From an uncultured Chloroflexia bacterium (GTDB lineage Bacteria; Chloroflexota; Dehalococcoidia; DSTF01; JALHUB01), in NCBI GenBank assembly GCA_963842845.1, contig CAWJHZ010000007.1, forward strand, positions 139,281 through 203,280: 64,000 nt of DNA. Direction: 5' to 3'. Under the pieces are notes generated by a model. That model was given only the letters and a program-made list of their open reading frames with translations. It searched no databases and was not told where the DNA came from. The position numbers were made by a program, and so were the translations under genes. Positions 9,400 to 19,003 of the stretch are shown here, in pieces; position 1 is the stretch's first letter, and the number at the start of each line of letters is the position of its first letter.

Positions 9400-10917
9400 T
9401 CAGCGAGAGGCTGCTTTCGGGGAAGAGGCTTCGGCGAGCAAGAGGCGGCGGGCGAGATCGAGCGCCTCTTCGCGCGTGGAGACTTCGCCCAGAGCGCGGG
9501 CTTCTTCGATGGCGGCGAGCATGCGTCCGACGAGCGGTCCGGGAGTGATGTCGAGCGCATTCATCACGTCTTCGCCGGTGACGAGGCGCGCCGGCACCGC
9601 AGGCGGCAGCTCCAGGTGGTAGCGCCCGAGAACGTAGCTCACGAAGGCGACGTGCTTTCGCCAGGTCTGGAGGAGCAGGCGCGGGCCGCGGGCAGCCAAG
9701 TGGTCGGCCAGCGTAAGGAAGAGGACGTCGAGCGCGGCGTCGGCGGTATCGCGGAAGAAGCGATAGACGGCGCGCTGGGTGGGCGGGCCTTCGTTGCTCA
9801 TCTGGCCGGGTCGCAGGTGGCTTTCGACGATTGTGGCGACGAAGCGCGTCTCGACGTTGCTGAAGCGGAGGCGCTGCATTATCGTTGCGGCTTTCTCAGC
9901 GCCGAGGTCGACGTGGCCCAGGAAGCGGATGCGGCCGGTGCGGTCGGGCGCCTTCGTCTCCGGCTTGGCGATGTCATGGAGGAGGCCGGCCAGCTTGAGG
10001 AGCGTGGCCCGCGATCTTCCTTCGACAAGCTCTTCGCGAAAGTGCTCGCGAACGCCGGGCAGCCAGGCTAGCTGCTCCCAAAGCTCGCGCCAGAAGGCGC
10101 TCTCGCGGCCATCGGCGGGCTCCTCTTCCGCGAGCATAAAGTCGAGCGCGACAACCGTCTCGATGAGGTGGTCGAAGACGTCCCAGTGGTGCTCCTTCGG
10201 CTGGGTGACGCCGCGACAGGCCGTTACCTCGGGCAGCACTCGCTCCAGCAAGCCGAGGCCGTCGAGCTGGCGGAGGGATCCGCCGGACTCGCGCGTGGCC
10301 ATGATGCGGGCCAACTCGTCGCGTTTGCGCTCCGCCGCGACGGGATCGAGGCAAGCAGCGTCGCGACGGACGAGCGCGGCGGTCGTGTCATCGAGGAAGA
10401 AGCCGAGCTCGGCGCAGAGGCGGACGGCTCGCAGGAGGCGCAAGCCATCGGCGGGAAAGACGCCGTCGGCCAGGGCGCGCACGAGCCCCCGACGGAGGTC
10501 GTCGGCGCCAGCGTGCGGATCGATTAGCGGCTGCGGCGCGCGACGGGACGCAGCGGCCAGCGGCAAGGCCATGGCGTCGACGGTGAAGTCGCGGGCCGCC
10601 AGGTCGGATTCGATATCGCCGCGAAGTCGTGTTATATCGAGGTAGCTGACGGCGGCGCCTTCGGGCAGGACAACGCGCATGATGCCGCGCTCCTCGTCGA
10701 GCGGGAAGGCGCGGCCGCCGGTGGCTTCGGCGGCAAGCTGCGCCAGCAGGGACGGGTCGCCGGCGAGCGCGATGTCGATGTCGCGGGCGCGGCGGTCGAG
10801 CAGAAGGTCGCGGATGTATCCGCCGGCGATATAGCCGTCGGCGTCGTCGTTGAGCCAGACGCGTCGCAAATCGGCGAGGAGACGGCGAGCGGGCGCGGGA
10901 AGTGATACGCGCGTCAT
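9400..10917 (-). CDS. cca: CCA-adding tRNA nucleotidyltransferase / poly(A) polymerase family with an HD domain
   Basis: GGYIRDLLLDRRARDIDIA is the Pol-beta nucleotidyltransferase motif. An HD domain is present (LLHDIAKPETK), followed by a C-terminal tRNA-binding region. Confidence 0.8.
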   Translation of the reverse strand: MTRVSLPAPARRLLADLRRVWLNDDADGYIAGGYIRDLLLDRRARDIDIALAGDPSLLAQLAAEATGGRAFPLDEERGIMRVVLPEGAAVSYLDITRLRGDIESDLAARDFTVDAMALPLAAASRRAPQPLIDPHAGADDLRRGLVRALADGVFPADGLRLLRAVRLCAELGFFLDDTTAALVRRDAACLDPVAAERKRDELARIMATRESGGSLRQLDGLGLLERVLPEVTACRGVTQPKEHHWDVFDHLIETVVALDFMLAEEEPADGRESAFWRELWEQLAWLPGVREHFREELVEGRSRATLLKLAGLLHDIAKPETKAPDRTGRIRFLGHVDLGAEKAATIMQRLRFSNVETRFVATIVESHLRPGQMSNEGPPTQRAVYRFFRDTADAALDVLFLTLADHLAARGPRLLLQTWRKHVAFVSYVLGRYHLELPPAVPARLVTGEDVMNALDITPGPLVGRMLAAIEEARALGEVSTREEALDLARRLLLAEASSPKAASR

Positions 10918-10938
10918 GATGCTTCCTGGGGACCGGCG

Positions 10939-11439
10939 CTACTCCTCGGCGACGGCGGCCTCTTCGCGGACTTCGATGCGCTTTAGCTGGTCGGGGCTGT
11001 CCAAGTAGTCGATATAGAGAACGCCGTCCAGGTGGTCCATCTCATGCTCAAGCGCCTGGGCAAGCAAATCGTCGCGGGCTTTGACGCGGAAAGGACGACC
11101 TTCGCGGCTGAGCGCCTTGACGGTGACAGCCTCGGAGCGCGTTATCTCGGCGGCGTAGCCCGGCACGGAGAGACAGGCTTCTTCGAGGCGTCGCTCGCCG
11201 GAGCGTTTGACGATCTGGGGGTTGATGAGGACGATGACTTCTTCTTCCGGTATGCCGATGACGGCGATGCGCTCGGACCGGCCTACCTGCGGCGCCGCCA
11301 GGCCGACGCCGTGAGCGTCATGCATCGTCTCGATCATATCGTCGATGAGGCGCTGGACGGAGGAGTCAATCTTGCGGACGGCGTGAGTCTTGTGCCGCAG
11401 AGCGGGGTCGCCGACGAGTCGCAGTGGCAGGACGGCCAA
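10939..11439 (-). CDS. def: Peptide deformylase
   Basis: The three Def motifs are present: GVGLAAPQVG, EACLSVPG and HEMDHLDG. Confidence 0.9.
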   Translation of the reverse strand: MAVLPLRLVGDPALRHKTHAVRKIDSSVQRLIDDMIETMHDAHGVGLAAPQVGRSERIAVIGIPEEEVIVLINPQIVKRSGERRLEEACLSVPGYAAEITRSEAVTVKALSREGRPFRVKARDDLLAQALEHEMDHLDGVLYIDYLDSPDQLKRIEVREEAAVAEE

Positions 11440-11649
11440 GGTTCGAAACGCTCCTTGTTGGTCTATACATCTATTGTAGCGGACAGTCGGAGGGACGAAA
11501 AGGAGCCGGAGCGTGAACCAGCAGCGGCGGGGGATTTCGGCACGACGAGTCCGCCAAAGGCGGACGAGGAGCGCAACGAGAACGCGATGAGCGCACGACA
11601 GAACGTCGCCACGAACGATTCATGGAAGGGAACTAGTCGCGAGAGGGGA

Positions 11650-12003
11650 CTACTCCGGGCGCGCCGTCGTCTTCTCCTTGATGCGAGCGGCCTTTCCGGC
11701 CAGGCCGCGGAGGTAGTACAGCCGGGCCCGTCGCACCTTGCCTCGCCGCGTGATCTCGATCTTCTCCAGGCGCGGCGAGTAGAGCATGAATGTGCGCTCG
11801 ATGCCGACGCCGTGCGAGAGGCGGCGAACCGTGACGTTGGCGCTGGGTCCGCCACGTCGCGATCGGATCACGACGCCCTGGAAGACCTGCGTGCGCTCAC
11901 GGTCCCCCTCGACGACTTTGGCGCTCACCCTCACGGTGTCGCCGATGCCGTAGGCGGCGATCTCCGGGTTCGTCTTCAGTTCGACTAGCGAGTTAGCATC
12001 CAA
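11650..12003 (-). CDS. rplS: 50S ribosomal protein L19
   Basis: [32 protein letters not shown]...[25 protein letters not shown] aligns to L19. The likely start is the TTG at 12003, 8 nt downstream of a GGAG. The annotated ORF extends to 12126, but that extra stretch does not match L19. Confidence 0.8.
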   Translation of the reverse strand: MDANSLVELKTNPEIAAYGIGDTVRVSAKVVEGDRERTQVFQGVVIRSRRGGPSANVTVRRLSHGVGIERTFMLYSPRLEKIEITRRGKVRRARLYYLRGLAGKAARIKEKTTARPE

Positions 12004-12035
12004 GGCCTTGCTCCGTAGCCCATAGAGTAGCAGAA

Positions 12036-12773
12036 TCAGTCCTTTTCCGCCAGCGCCTCCGCCGCGAGGCGTCGCTCGGCTTGCGACAGGGCGACGCGCT
12101 CCAGCAGGTCGGGGCGGCGACGGCACGTGCGCAGGACGCTCTGTTCGCGTCGCCAGGCGGCGATCTGGGCGTGGTTACCGGAGAGCAGCGGCTCCGGCAC
12201 CGACCAGCCGCGAAACTCGGCGGGGCGCGTGTACTGCGGGTACTCCAGCAGCCCCTGCGCATGCGACTCCTCGGCCAGCGAGTCCTCCGAGCCGAGAACG
12301 CCTGGCAGGCGGCGCACAACGACGTCGATTAGCACCATCGCCGGCAGCTCACCGCCGGAGAGGACGTAGTCGCCGATGCTGATCTCGTCGTCGACCAGGT
12401 GCTCGCGCACGCGCTCGTCGACCCCCTCGTAGTGGCCGCAAATGAGGACGAGGCGCTCGCACGCCGACAACTCATCGCCGACGGCCTGCGTGAGGAGGCG
12501 GCCCTGTGGCGTCAGCAAGACGACCCGCGCCTTCCTTTCGTCCACCGCGGCAACAGCCTCGACGGCGTCGAACAGCGGCTCCGGTTTCATGACCATCCCC
12601 GGCCCGCCGCCGTACGGATAATCGTCTACGATATGATGCTTGTCTTTGCTGTAGTCGCGGATGTTGTGCAGGACGATTTCCACCCGGCCGCTTTCGACCG
12701 CCCGGCCAAGGATGCTTGCCTGTAGCGGGCCGCTGAACATTTCCGGAAAGAGGGTGAGGACATCGATGCGCAT
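12036..12773 (-). CDS. trmD: tRNA (guanine37-N1)-methyltransferase TrmD
   Basis: [13 protein letters not shown]...[15 protein letters not shown] matches the TrmD SPOUT fold. An alternative GTG start lies at 12797. Confidence 0.85.
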   Translation of the reverse strand: MRIDVLTLFPEMFSGPLQASILGRAVESGRVEIVLHNIRDYSKDKHHIVDDYPYGGGPGMVMKPEPLFDAVEAVAAVDERKARVVLLTPQGRLLTQAVGDELSACERLVLICGHYEGVDERVREHLVDDEISIGDYVLSGGELPAMVLIDVVVRRLPGVLGSEDSLAEESHAQGLLEYPQYTRPAEFRGWSVPEPLLSGNHAQIAAWRREQSVLRTCRRRPDLLERVALSQAERRLAAEALAEKD

Positions 12774-12925
12774 GCTACTCCGTGCTGTCACCGTCACGGC
12801 CGCGGGCGGTGCGCAGGGCGTGCTCCAGGCCGGCCGTCATAATTCGAATCCGACCCATGATAGCACGGGCCCCGACAGGCTGAAAGGCGACATCATTTCC
12901 TCAAAATCAAGGGGAAATGCCCCCT

Positions 12926-12956
12926 TGACATGAAAAGGGTTTGTGGTAGCATGTGG
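12926..12956 (+). promoter_or_regulatory. Candidate sigma70-type mraZ (Pmra) promoter: TTGACA, 16 nt, TGgTAGCAT (extended -10)
   Basis: TTGACA is at 12926-12931 and TAGCAT, preceded by TG, is about 16 nt downstream. An AAGGGG-AAATG-CCCCTT palindrome overlaps the -35. Confidence 0.4.
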
Positions 12957-13024
12957 GGAAGTGTGGGAAGAAGTGGCAGGGAATGGCACGCTTGCCTCGC
13001 TGGCCCACCAGTCTGGGCGGGAAA

Positions 13025-13456
13025 ATGGTATTTCGCGGGACTTTCAAGTACAGCTTGGACAATCGGGGAAGGATCCCCCTTCCCGCCCGCTTCCGCGCGT
13101 CCTTCGGCAACGGCGTCGTGCTCGTAGAGAACCGGGAGGGATGCGTCCAGGTCTACAGCGCCGATGCCTACGAGAAGGAGGCGGAATTCCTCCTGAACCA
13201 GCCGCCGAACCGCCGGAAAGTGCGTCTGCTGCGGCGGGGGTTCTTCGCCAACTCCTTCGATGCGGACATAGACGGACAGGGCCGCATCCTGTTGCCGCCA
13301 CACTTGCGTCAGCATGGCGACCTCAACGGACAGGTCGTGGTCGTGGGCTGCGGCGGATACCTGGAGATCTGGAGTCCGCAGCGCTGGGCCGCCCAGCAAC
13401 AGGAGATAAACGCCCGGTACGACGCTGACCTGGAGTCGATGGAAGACCGGCCATGA
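13025..13456 (+). CDS. mraZ: Transcriptional regulator MraZ
   Basis: [20 protein letters not shown]... shows the MraZ double SpoVT/AbrB-like repeat. The ATG at 13025 matches canonical MraZ N-termini. Confidence 0.85.
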   Translation: MVFRGTFKYSLDNRGRIPLPARFRASFGNGVVLVENREGCVQVYSADAYEKEAEFLLNQPPNRRKVRLLRRGFFANSFDADIDGQGRILLPPHLRQHGDLNGQVVVVGCGGYLEIWSPQRWAAQQQEINARYDADLESMEDRP

Positions 13457-14385
13457 CGGTAGTGATGATGACAGCAATCCATATTCCGGTAATGGTGCGA
13501 GAGGTCCTCGACGGGCTGGCAGTGCGGCCCGGCGCCAACTACGTCGACGGCACGGTCGGCGAGGGCGGCCACGCCGAGGCCATCCTGGAAGCGGGCGGGC
13601 GGCTTCTCGGCATCGACCGCGATCCGGGAGCGCTGGCAGTCGCGTCGGAGCGACTGAGCCCGTACGGCGACCGCGTAGCGCTGGTTGAAGGGAACTACGT
13701 GGAGATGGCGGCCATATGCCGTCGCCACGGATTCGCACCTGTAGATGGGATTCTGCTGGACCTCGGCGTCTCGTCCTTCCAACTGGAGCACGGACGGCGT
13801 GGGTTCAGTTTCAATCGTGAGGGGCCGCTGGACATGCGTTTCAGCCCCACACACACGCTCACCGCGGACGACATCGTCAACGGGTACCGGGAGGAAGACC
13901 TGGCGGACCTGATCTGGCGTTTCGGAGAGGAACGCCGCAGCCGCCGCATCGCCCGCTGCATCGTTCAGCAGCGGCCGATCCTCACCACGACTCAGTTGGC
14001 CCGAGCCGTCGAGCAGGCCGTGGGCAAGAGGGGTCAAAGCGTTACCCACCCCGCCACCAGAACGTTCTTAGCCCTTCGCATTGCGGTAAACCAAGAGCTA
14101 GCCCACCTAGCTGCCGCGCTTGAAGAAGCCCACGGTCTGCTCGACGGCTCCGGCTCCCGGCTCGCGGTCATCTCCTACCATTCGCTGGAGGACCGCATCG
14201 TCAAGGAGTTCATGCGGAGAGAGGCAAGCGATTGCATCTGTCCGCCGGAAACTCCCACCTGCACCTGCGATCATCGGGCGACGCTGCGCCTCGTGACTCG
14301 AAAGCCGCTTCGGCCTTCGGACCTGGAGGTGCTGATTAACCCGCGCTCTCGCAGCGCCCGATTGCGAGTCGCGGAAAAGCTGTAG
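13453..14385 (+). CDS. rsmH: 16S rRNA (cytosine1402-N4)-methyltransferase RsmH (MraW)
   Basis: [13 protein letters not shown]...[16 protein letters not shown] is the SAM methyltransferase signature of RsmH. Confidence 0.9.
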   Translation: MTVVMMTAIHIPVMVREVLDGLAVRPGANYVDGTVGEGGHAEAILEAGGRLLGIDRDPGALAVASERLSPYGDRVALVEGNYVEMAAICRRHGFAPVDGILLDLGVSSFQLEHGRRGFSFNREGPLDMRFSPTHTLTADDIVNGYREEDLADLIWRFGEERRSRRIARCIVQQRPILTTTQLARAVEQAVGKRGQSVTHPATRTFLALRIAVNQELAHLAAALEEAHGLLDGSGSRLAVISYHSLEDRIVKEFMRREASDCICPPETPTCTCDHRATLRLVTRKPLRPSDLEVLINPRSRSARLRVAEKL

Positions 14386-14419
14386 GCAAGGATACTCCGC
14401 ATAGACAGGTCTGGCAAGC

Positions 14420-14857
14420 ATGTCCGCACTCGACCGGCTCATAGCGCGTCCACTGCCAAGGCCGCTTCCCCGGATAACGGGCGTTCGGCCGGCGCTGCTC
14501 ATCGCATTCCTGGTCGTCGCCTCCGTGGGACTCCTGCAGGTCTTCCAGATCAGCAACGCGACGACCAACGATTACACCCTGCAGCAGTTGGAGCAGGAGC
14601 AGTTTGATAAGCAGGCGGAGGTGCACCAGTTGGAGGCGGAAGTGTCGCTGCTGACGTCGATAGACCGAATCGATCAGGAGGCGCGCGGACGGCTGGGCAT
14701 GGTGCCGGCGACATCAACAATGACGCTGGAGGTGCACAAGCAGCCGCCGACGCAGCAACTGGTGCCGCTGCGGTTCATCACAACGAGCAGTACGGCGAAA
14801 GTCGAGTCGCGTTCCTGGTGGCAGAAGCTTCTCGATATGGTGCCTCTCGCGGGTTAG
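14420..14857 (+). CDS. ftsL: Cell division protein FtsL-like (septum formation initiator)
   Basis: A small bitopic protein with an N-terminal TM helix and a coiled-coil (QQLEQEQFDKQAEVHQLEAEV). It sits between rsmH and ftsI. Confidence 0.65.
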   Translation: MSALDRLIARPLPRPLPRITGVRPALLIAFLVVASVGLLQVFQISNATTNDYTLQQLEQEQFDKQAEVHQLEAEVSLLTSIDRIDQEARGRLGMVPATSTMTLEVHKQPPTQQLVPLRFITTSSTAKVESRSWWQKLLDMVPLAG

Positions 14858-14919
14858 ACGGAACGGCCTCTGCCTCGGCTCGGTGGGTCAGAGGGCGAAA
14901 TCGATAGCTGGAGCCTGAC

Positions 14920-16650
14920 ATGCCAGAACGAATGGCGCGGGTCTCCTGGCGACTCCTCCTGTTGGGGGCGATTTTCTGCGCCCTCAGCGTTTTCGTCGTC
15001 GGCCGCCTCGCACAGCTTCAGATACTCAGCCACGGCCATTACGCGGCGGAGGCGGAAAACGAGCACCAGGGCACCGACACGGTGCTTCCTCCTCGCGGCG
15101 CCATCCTGGACCGGAACGGCTATCCTCTTGCGCTCACCCTGGACACATATGATATCTACATAAGCCGTCAAGTATGGCAAGATCAGCAGGTGGCAGCGAA
15201 CGGCACGCAGGCGCTGGCTTCGGTGCTGGGCAAGACGCCGGAGGACATACAGTCGGCGTTGGGGTCGGACACTGAGGGCGACGCGCTCATCGCCGCCAGC
15301 GTCAGCTACGACGTGGGAAAGAAGATCATCGATATGGGCCTGCCCGGTGTCAAGGCAACGGCGGGGATCCAGCGCTTCCATCCGGAAGGCGACCTGGCAT
15401 CTGCCTTGCTCGGCTTCGTCGGAAAGGACGAGACGGGGCTCAGCGGGCTGGAGGCTGACCTTCAGGACGAGCTTGGCGGGCAGCCCGGCACGGTCTATTA
15501 CGAACGCGACAGCATGGGCAATCCGATCCCGTTTGGCTACACCCAGATTACGAAGTCGGAGCCAGCGTCGGACGTGCGACTGACTATCGACCGCTTCATC
15601 CAGCAGGCGGCAGAGCAATCGCTGGATGAGGCGATCCAGACGAACGACGCGTCGGGCGGGACGATTATCGTCATGGACCCGAAGACGGGCGCGATCATGG
15701 CTATGGCGAGCCGCCCCAGCTTCAAGCTGAGCCAGCTCGACCTGTCGAATGATAGCCAGGAGGACCTGTACCGGGACCGCGCCGTCACGGACCTCTACGA
15801 GCCGGGCTCCGTCATGAAGCTTGTGACAATGTCGGCGGCGGTCGACCTAGGGCTGGTCACGCCAGACACGACCTACGACGACACCGGCACGGCGTACGTC
15901 GGCGGCTACGCAATCCAGAACTGGGACTTCTCGGTCAACGGCACGACGACGATGACGCAGGTATTGCAGAAGAGCCTCAACACCGGCGCCGTCTGGGTCA
16001 GCCAGCTCCTTGGGCCGGACAATTTCTACCAATACATCAAGCGGTTCGGCTTCGGCGAGCCAACTGGCGTCGGCCTGAGCGGCGAAGCGGCGGGCCAGGT
16101 GCGCGACAGCGAGTCGCCGGACTGGACCCCTTCTGACCTGGCGACGAACTCTTTCGGCCAGGGCATAAACGTCACACCGCTGCAGATGATAACGGCCGTC
16201 GCGGCGATCGCCAACGGCGGCATGCTGATGAAGCCGTACATCGTCCAGCAAGTCGTCGGGCCGAATGGCACCAAGACGACGCAGCCGCAGCCGGTGCGGC
16301 AGGCGATCTCCGAGCAGACGGCCAGCACGCTGACGACGATGATGAACGCCGTGGTGGAGGGTGTGCCCGGGAACCTGGCGAGGATTCAAGGTTATCACGT
16401 AGCGGGGAAGACCGGAACCGCCTATATTTCGGTGCCCGGCGGGTACGCGCCCGACAGGGTTATCACCTCCTTCATCGGCTTCGCCCCGGTGAGCGATCCA
16501 CGGATGATCGTTCTGGTGAAGATCGATGAGCCGCAGGAAGCGCAACTTGGGGGCACTGTGGCAGCCCCGGTCTTCGCTGAACTGGCCCCGAAAATCCTCA
16601 GCTATCTCGGCGTTCCGCCCGATGCAGACGCGTCGGTGCAGGGCCAGTAG
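14920..16650 (+). CDS. ftsI: Peptidoglycan D,D-transpeptidase (class B PBP, FtsI/PBP2 type)
   Basis: It has an N-terminal TM helix, a PBP dimerisation domain, and a transpeptidase domain with the SxxK (SVMK), SLN and KTGT motifs. Confidence 0.9.
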   Translation: MPERMARVSWRLLLLGAIFCALSVFVVGRLAQLQILSHGHYAAEAENEHQGTDTVLPPRGAILDRNGYPLALTLDTYDIYISRQVWQDQQVAANGTQALASVLGKTPEDIQSALGSDTEGDALIAASVSYDVGKKIIDMGLPGVKATAGIQRFHPEGDLASALLGFVGKDETGLSGLEADLQDELGGQPGTVYYERDSMGNPIPFGYTQITKSEPASDVRLTIDRFIQQAAEQSLDEAIQTNDASGGTIIVMDPKTGAIMAMASRPSFKLSQLDLSNDSQEDLYRDRAVTDLYEPGSVMKLVTMSAAVDLGLVTPDTTYDDTGTAYVGGYAIQNWDFSVNGTTTMTQVLQKSLNTGAVWVSQLLGPDNFYQYIKRFGFGEPTGVGLSGEAAGQVRDSESPDWTPSDLATNSFGQGINVTPLQMITAVAAIANGGMLMKPYIVQQVVGPNGTKTTQPQPVRQAISEQTASTLTTMMNAVVEGVPGNLARIQGYHVAGKTGTAYISVPGGYAPDRVITSFIGFAPVSDPRMIVLVKIDEPQEAQLGGTVAAPVFAELAPKILSYLGVPPDADASVQGQ

Positions 16651-16664
16651 CCGGTGCATTTGCC

Positions 16665-18026
16665 ATGATCCGCGCAAGTGAGATCAGCAGTAGTCTTGCC
16701 TCCCTTCTACTGGAGACTGTGGGAGAGCCGCCGGCTGGCTTTCGACACGCCGCTATAGACTCGCGTGAGGTGAGGCGTGGCGACCTGTTCGTAGCGCTGC
16801 CGGGCGAGCATCGGGACGGGCATGACTTCGTCGCCGACGCGCTCGACCGCGGGGCGGCGGGCGTTCTGGTACGGCGGGCGCCCCAGGCTCTCCCCGAGGA
16901 AGCCGTCGCCTATGTGGTCGAGGACTGCCTGAGGGCGCTGCAATTGATAGCTGCGGGACATCGGGCAGCGCAGCCGGCGAAGGTGATAGCTGTCACGGGA
17001 AGCGTCGGAAAGACGACCACGAAAGAGATCGCGGCGTTCGTCCTGGGCCGGCGATACCGGCTGCTAAAGAATGAGGCGAACTATAACAACGAGATCGGCC
17101 TGCCGCTGACGTTGCTGAGGCTGACCCCTCGACACGACCGGGCGGTGCTCGAGATGGGGATGTACGCGCCCGGGGAGATCCGCCTCCTCTGCGAGCTGGC
17201 GCGGCCGGAGATCGGCGTGGTCACAAACGTCGGGCCGGTGCACCTGGAGCGGATGGGCAACATCGAAACGATAGCGGCGGCGAAGGCGGAGCTTGTCGAA
17301 GCGCTGCCGTCGAACGGCTTCGCGGTGCTGAACGGCGATGACCGACGCGTGCGGGCGATGGCGAAGAAGACGAAGGCGCGGGCCGTCCATTTCGGGACTT
17401 CGGACGGCTGCGAGGTGCGAGGGAGCGATCTGGAGAGCAAAGGGCTGGAGGGCATTTCCTTCACGCTTGAGTTTGGCGGCGAGCGTCTGCGCGTGCGGAC
17501 GAGGCTTCCCGGCCGGCATCTGCTGTCGAATGCGCTGGGCGCTGCGGCAGTGGCGCTGGTGGACGGGATGAGTTTGGGCGAGGTGGCACAGGCGCTCGCC
17601 GCCGCTCGCGTGCCACTGCGACTGCACGTTTTCCGCGGCCGCAACGACTCGACGATCCTCGACGACACGTACAACGCCAGTCCGGCCTCGATGATGGCGG
17701 CGCTGGAGCTCCTGGCGGACCTTCCGGGACGGCGGATAGCGGTCCTGGGGGACATGCGGGAGCTGGGCACGGAGGAGCAGGAAGGACACCGGCTCGTCGG
17801 TCGCGAAGCGGCGCGCGTGGCGCAGGTAATCTATGCCGTCGGCGATCTGGGGCATCTCATCGGCGAAGAAGCGAAGCGGGCGGGACATCCGGCGGTGAGC
17901 CTGTGGCGGTCGAAGGAGGAGGCGGCCCAGCGGCTGGCGTCAGAATTGCGCGTCGGCGACGTCGTGCTGCTGAAAGCGTCGCGGGCGATGGCACTGGAGA
18001 CGATTCTGCCGGAGTTGAAGGACTGA
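16665..18026 (+). CDS. murF: UDP-N-acetylmuramoyl-tripeptide--D-alanyl-D-alanine ligase MurF
   Basis: A Mur ligase fold with the GSVGKTTTKE P-loop. It sits directly after ftsI, with no murE in between. Confidence 0.85.
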   Translation: MIRASEISSSLASLLLETVGEPPAGFRHAAIDSREVRRGDLFVALPGEHRDGHDFVADALDRGAAGVLVRRAPQALPEEAVAYVVEDCLRALQLIAAGHRAAQPAKVIAVTGSVGKTTTKEIAAFVLGRRYRLLKNEANYNNEIGLPLTLLRLTPRHDRAVLEMGMYAPGEIRLLCELARPEIGVVTNVGPVHLERMGNIETIAAAKAELVEALPSNGFAVLNGDDRRVRAMAKKTKARAVHFGTSDGCEVRGSDLESKGLEGISFTLEFGGERLRVRTRLPGRHLLSNALGAAAVALVDGMSLGEVAQALAAARVPLRLHVFRGRNDSTILDDTYNASPASMMAALELLADLPGRRIAVLGDMRELGTEEQEGHRLVGREAARVAQVIYAVGDLGHLIGEEAKRAGHPAVSLWRSKEEAAQRLASELRVGDVVLLKASRAMALETILPELKD

Positions 18027-18027
18027 C

Positions 18028-18993
18028 ATGGTCTACGCACTGTTCGTCGGGACGGCCGCCTTCCTGGTGTCGATCATTTCCGGGCACTGGGTGGTCAACT
18101 ATCTGCGGGCGCGCGGCCTGGGCAAGCAGATCTCGCCGGATGCGCCGGCGTCGCACGCCGTCAAGGCGGGCACGCCGACGATGGGCGGCGTGCTCATTTT
18201 CGGCACCGTCTTCCTCGTCACGGCGCCGACGAACCTGTTCGACAAGCGTTCGATCTTCCTACCCCTGGGCATCATCGTCGCTACGGGCAGCCTGGGACTG
18301 ATCGACGATTTCCTGACGATTGAAGGCCGGGCGATGGGACGGAGCGGGCTAAACAAGCGGCTGAAATCAGCGCTGCTGCTCGGCCTTGGCCTTGCGGCGG
18401 CGCTGATCCTCTACTTCGGCCTGGAGGCGCGGAGCATCAACGTGCCCTGGGCCGGCAAGCACGAAATCGGGCTGCTGTACATCCCGGTCGCGATGGCTGT
18501 CTTCATCGGAACGACGAGCGCGGTCGCCGTGACCGACGGGCTAGACGCGCTGGCCGGGGGCACAACGGCCGTCGCCTTCACCGTCTTCGGGGTGATCGCT
18601 TTTCTCCAGGGCCAGACTTTCCTGGCGACGTTCTGCCTGACAGTCGTCGGCGCGACGCTGGGCTTCGTCTGGTACAACGCGAATCCGGCGCGGGTGTTCA
18701 TGGGCGATACGGGCGCGCTGGCGCTGGGGTCGACGCTGGCGGTAGTAGCGCTGATGACGGGCTGGTGGCTTGTGCTGCCGGTTGTCGGGATCGTCTTCGT
18801 CATGGAAGGCCTGTCGACCGTCATCCAGATCGTCTACTTCAAGCTCAGCGGCGGCCGGCGGATCTTCAAAATGACGCCGCTGCACCATCATTTCGAGCTG
18901 ATGGGGTGGTCGGAGCCACAAATTGTCACAAGATTCTGGTTAATTGGCATGGCCGGAGGGCTTTTGGGTATAGCGCTAGCCTTGACGGATTAG
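18028..18993 (+). CDS. mraY: Phospho-N-acetylmuramoyl-pentapeptide transferase MraY
   Basis: A polytopic membrane protein with MraY motifs (GTPTMGG, DDxxD-like region, HHHFEL). Confidence 0.9.
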   Translation: MVYALFVGTAAFLVSIISGHWVVNYLRARGLGKQISPDAPASHAVKAGTPTMGGVLIFGTVFLVTAPTNLFDKRSIFLPLGIIVATGSLGLIDDFLTIEGRAMGRSGLNKRLKSALLLGLGLAAALILYFGLEARSINVPWAGKHEIGLLYIPVAMAVFIGTTSAVAVTDGLDALAGGTTAVAFTVFGVIAFLQGQTFLATFCLTVVGATLGFVWYNANPARVFMGDTGALALGSTLAVVALMTGWWLVLPVVGIVFVMEGLSTVIQIVYFKLSGGRRIFKMTPLHHHFELMGWSEPQIVTRFWLIGMAGGLLGIALALTD

Positions 18994-19003
18994 CTAAAAT
19001 GCT

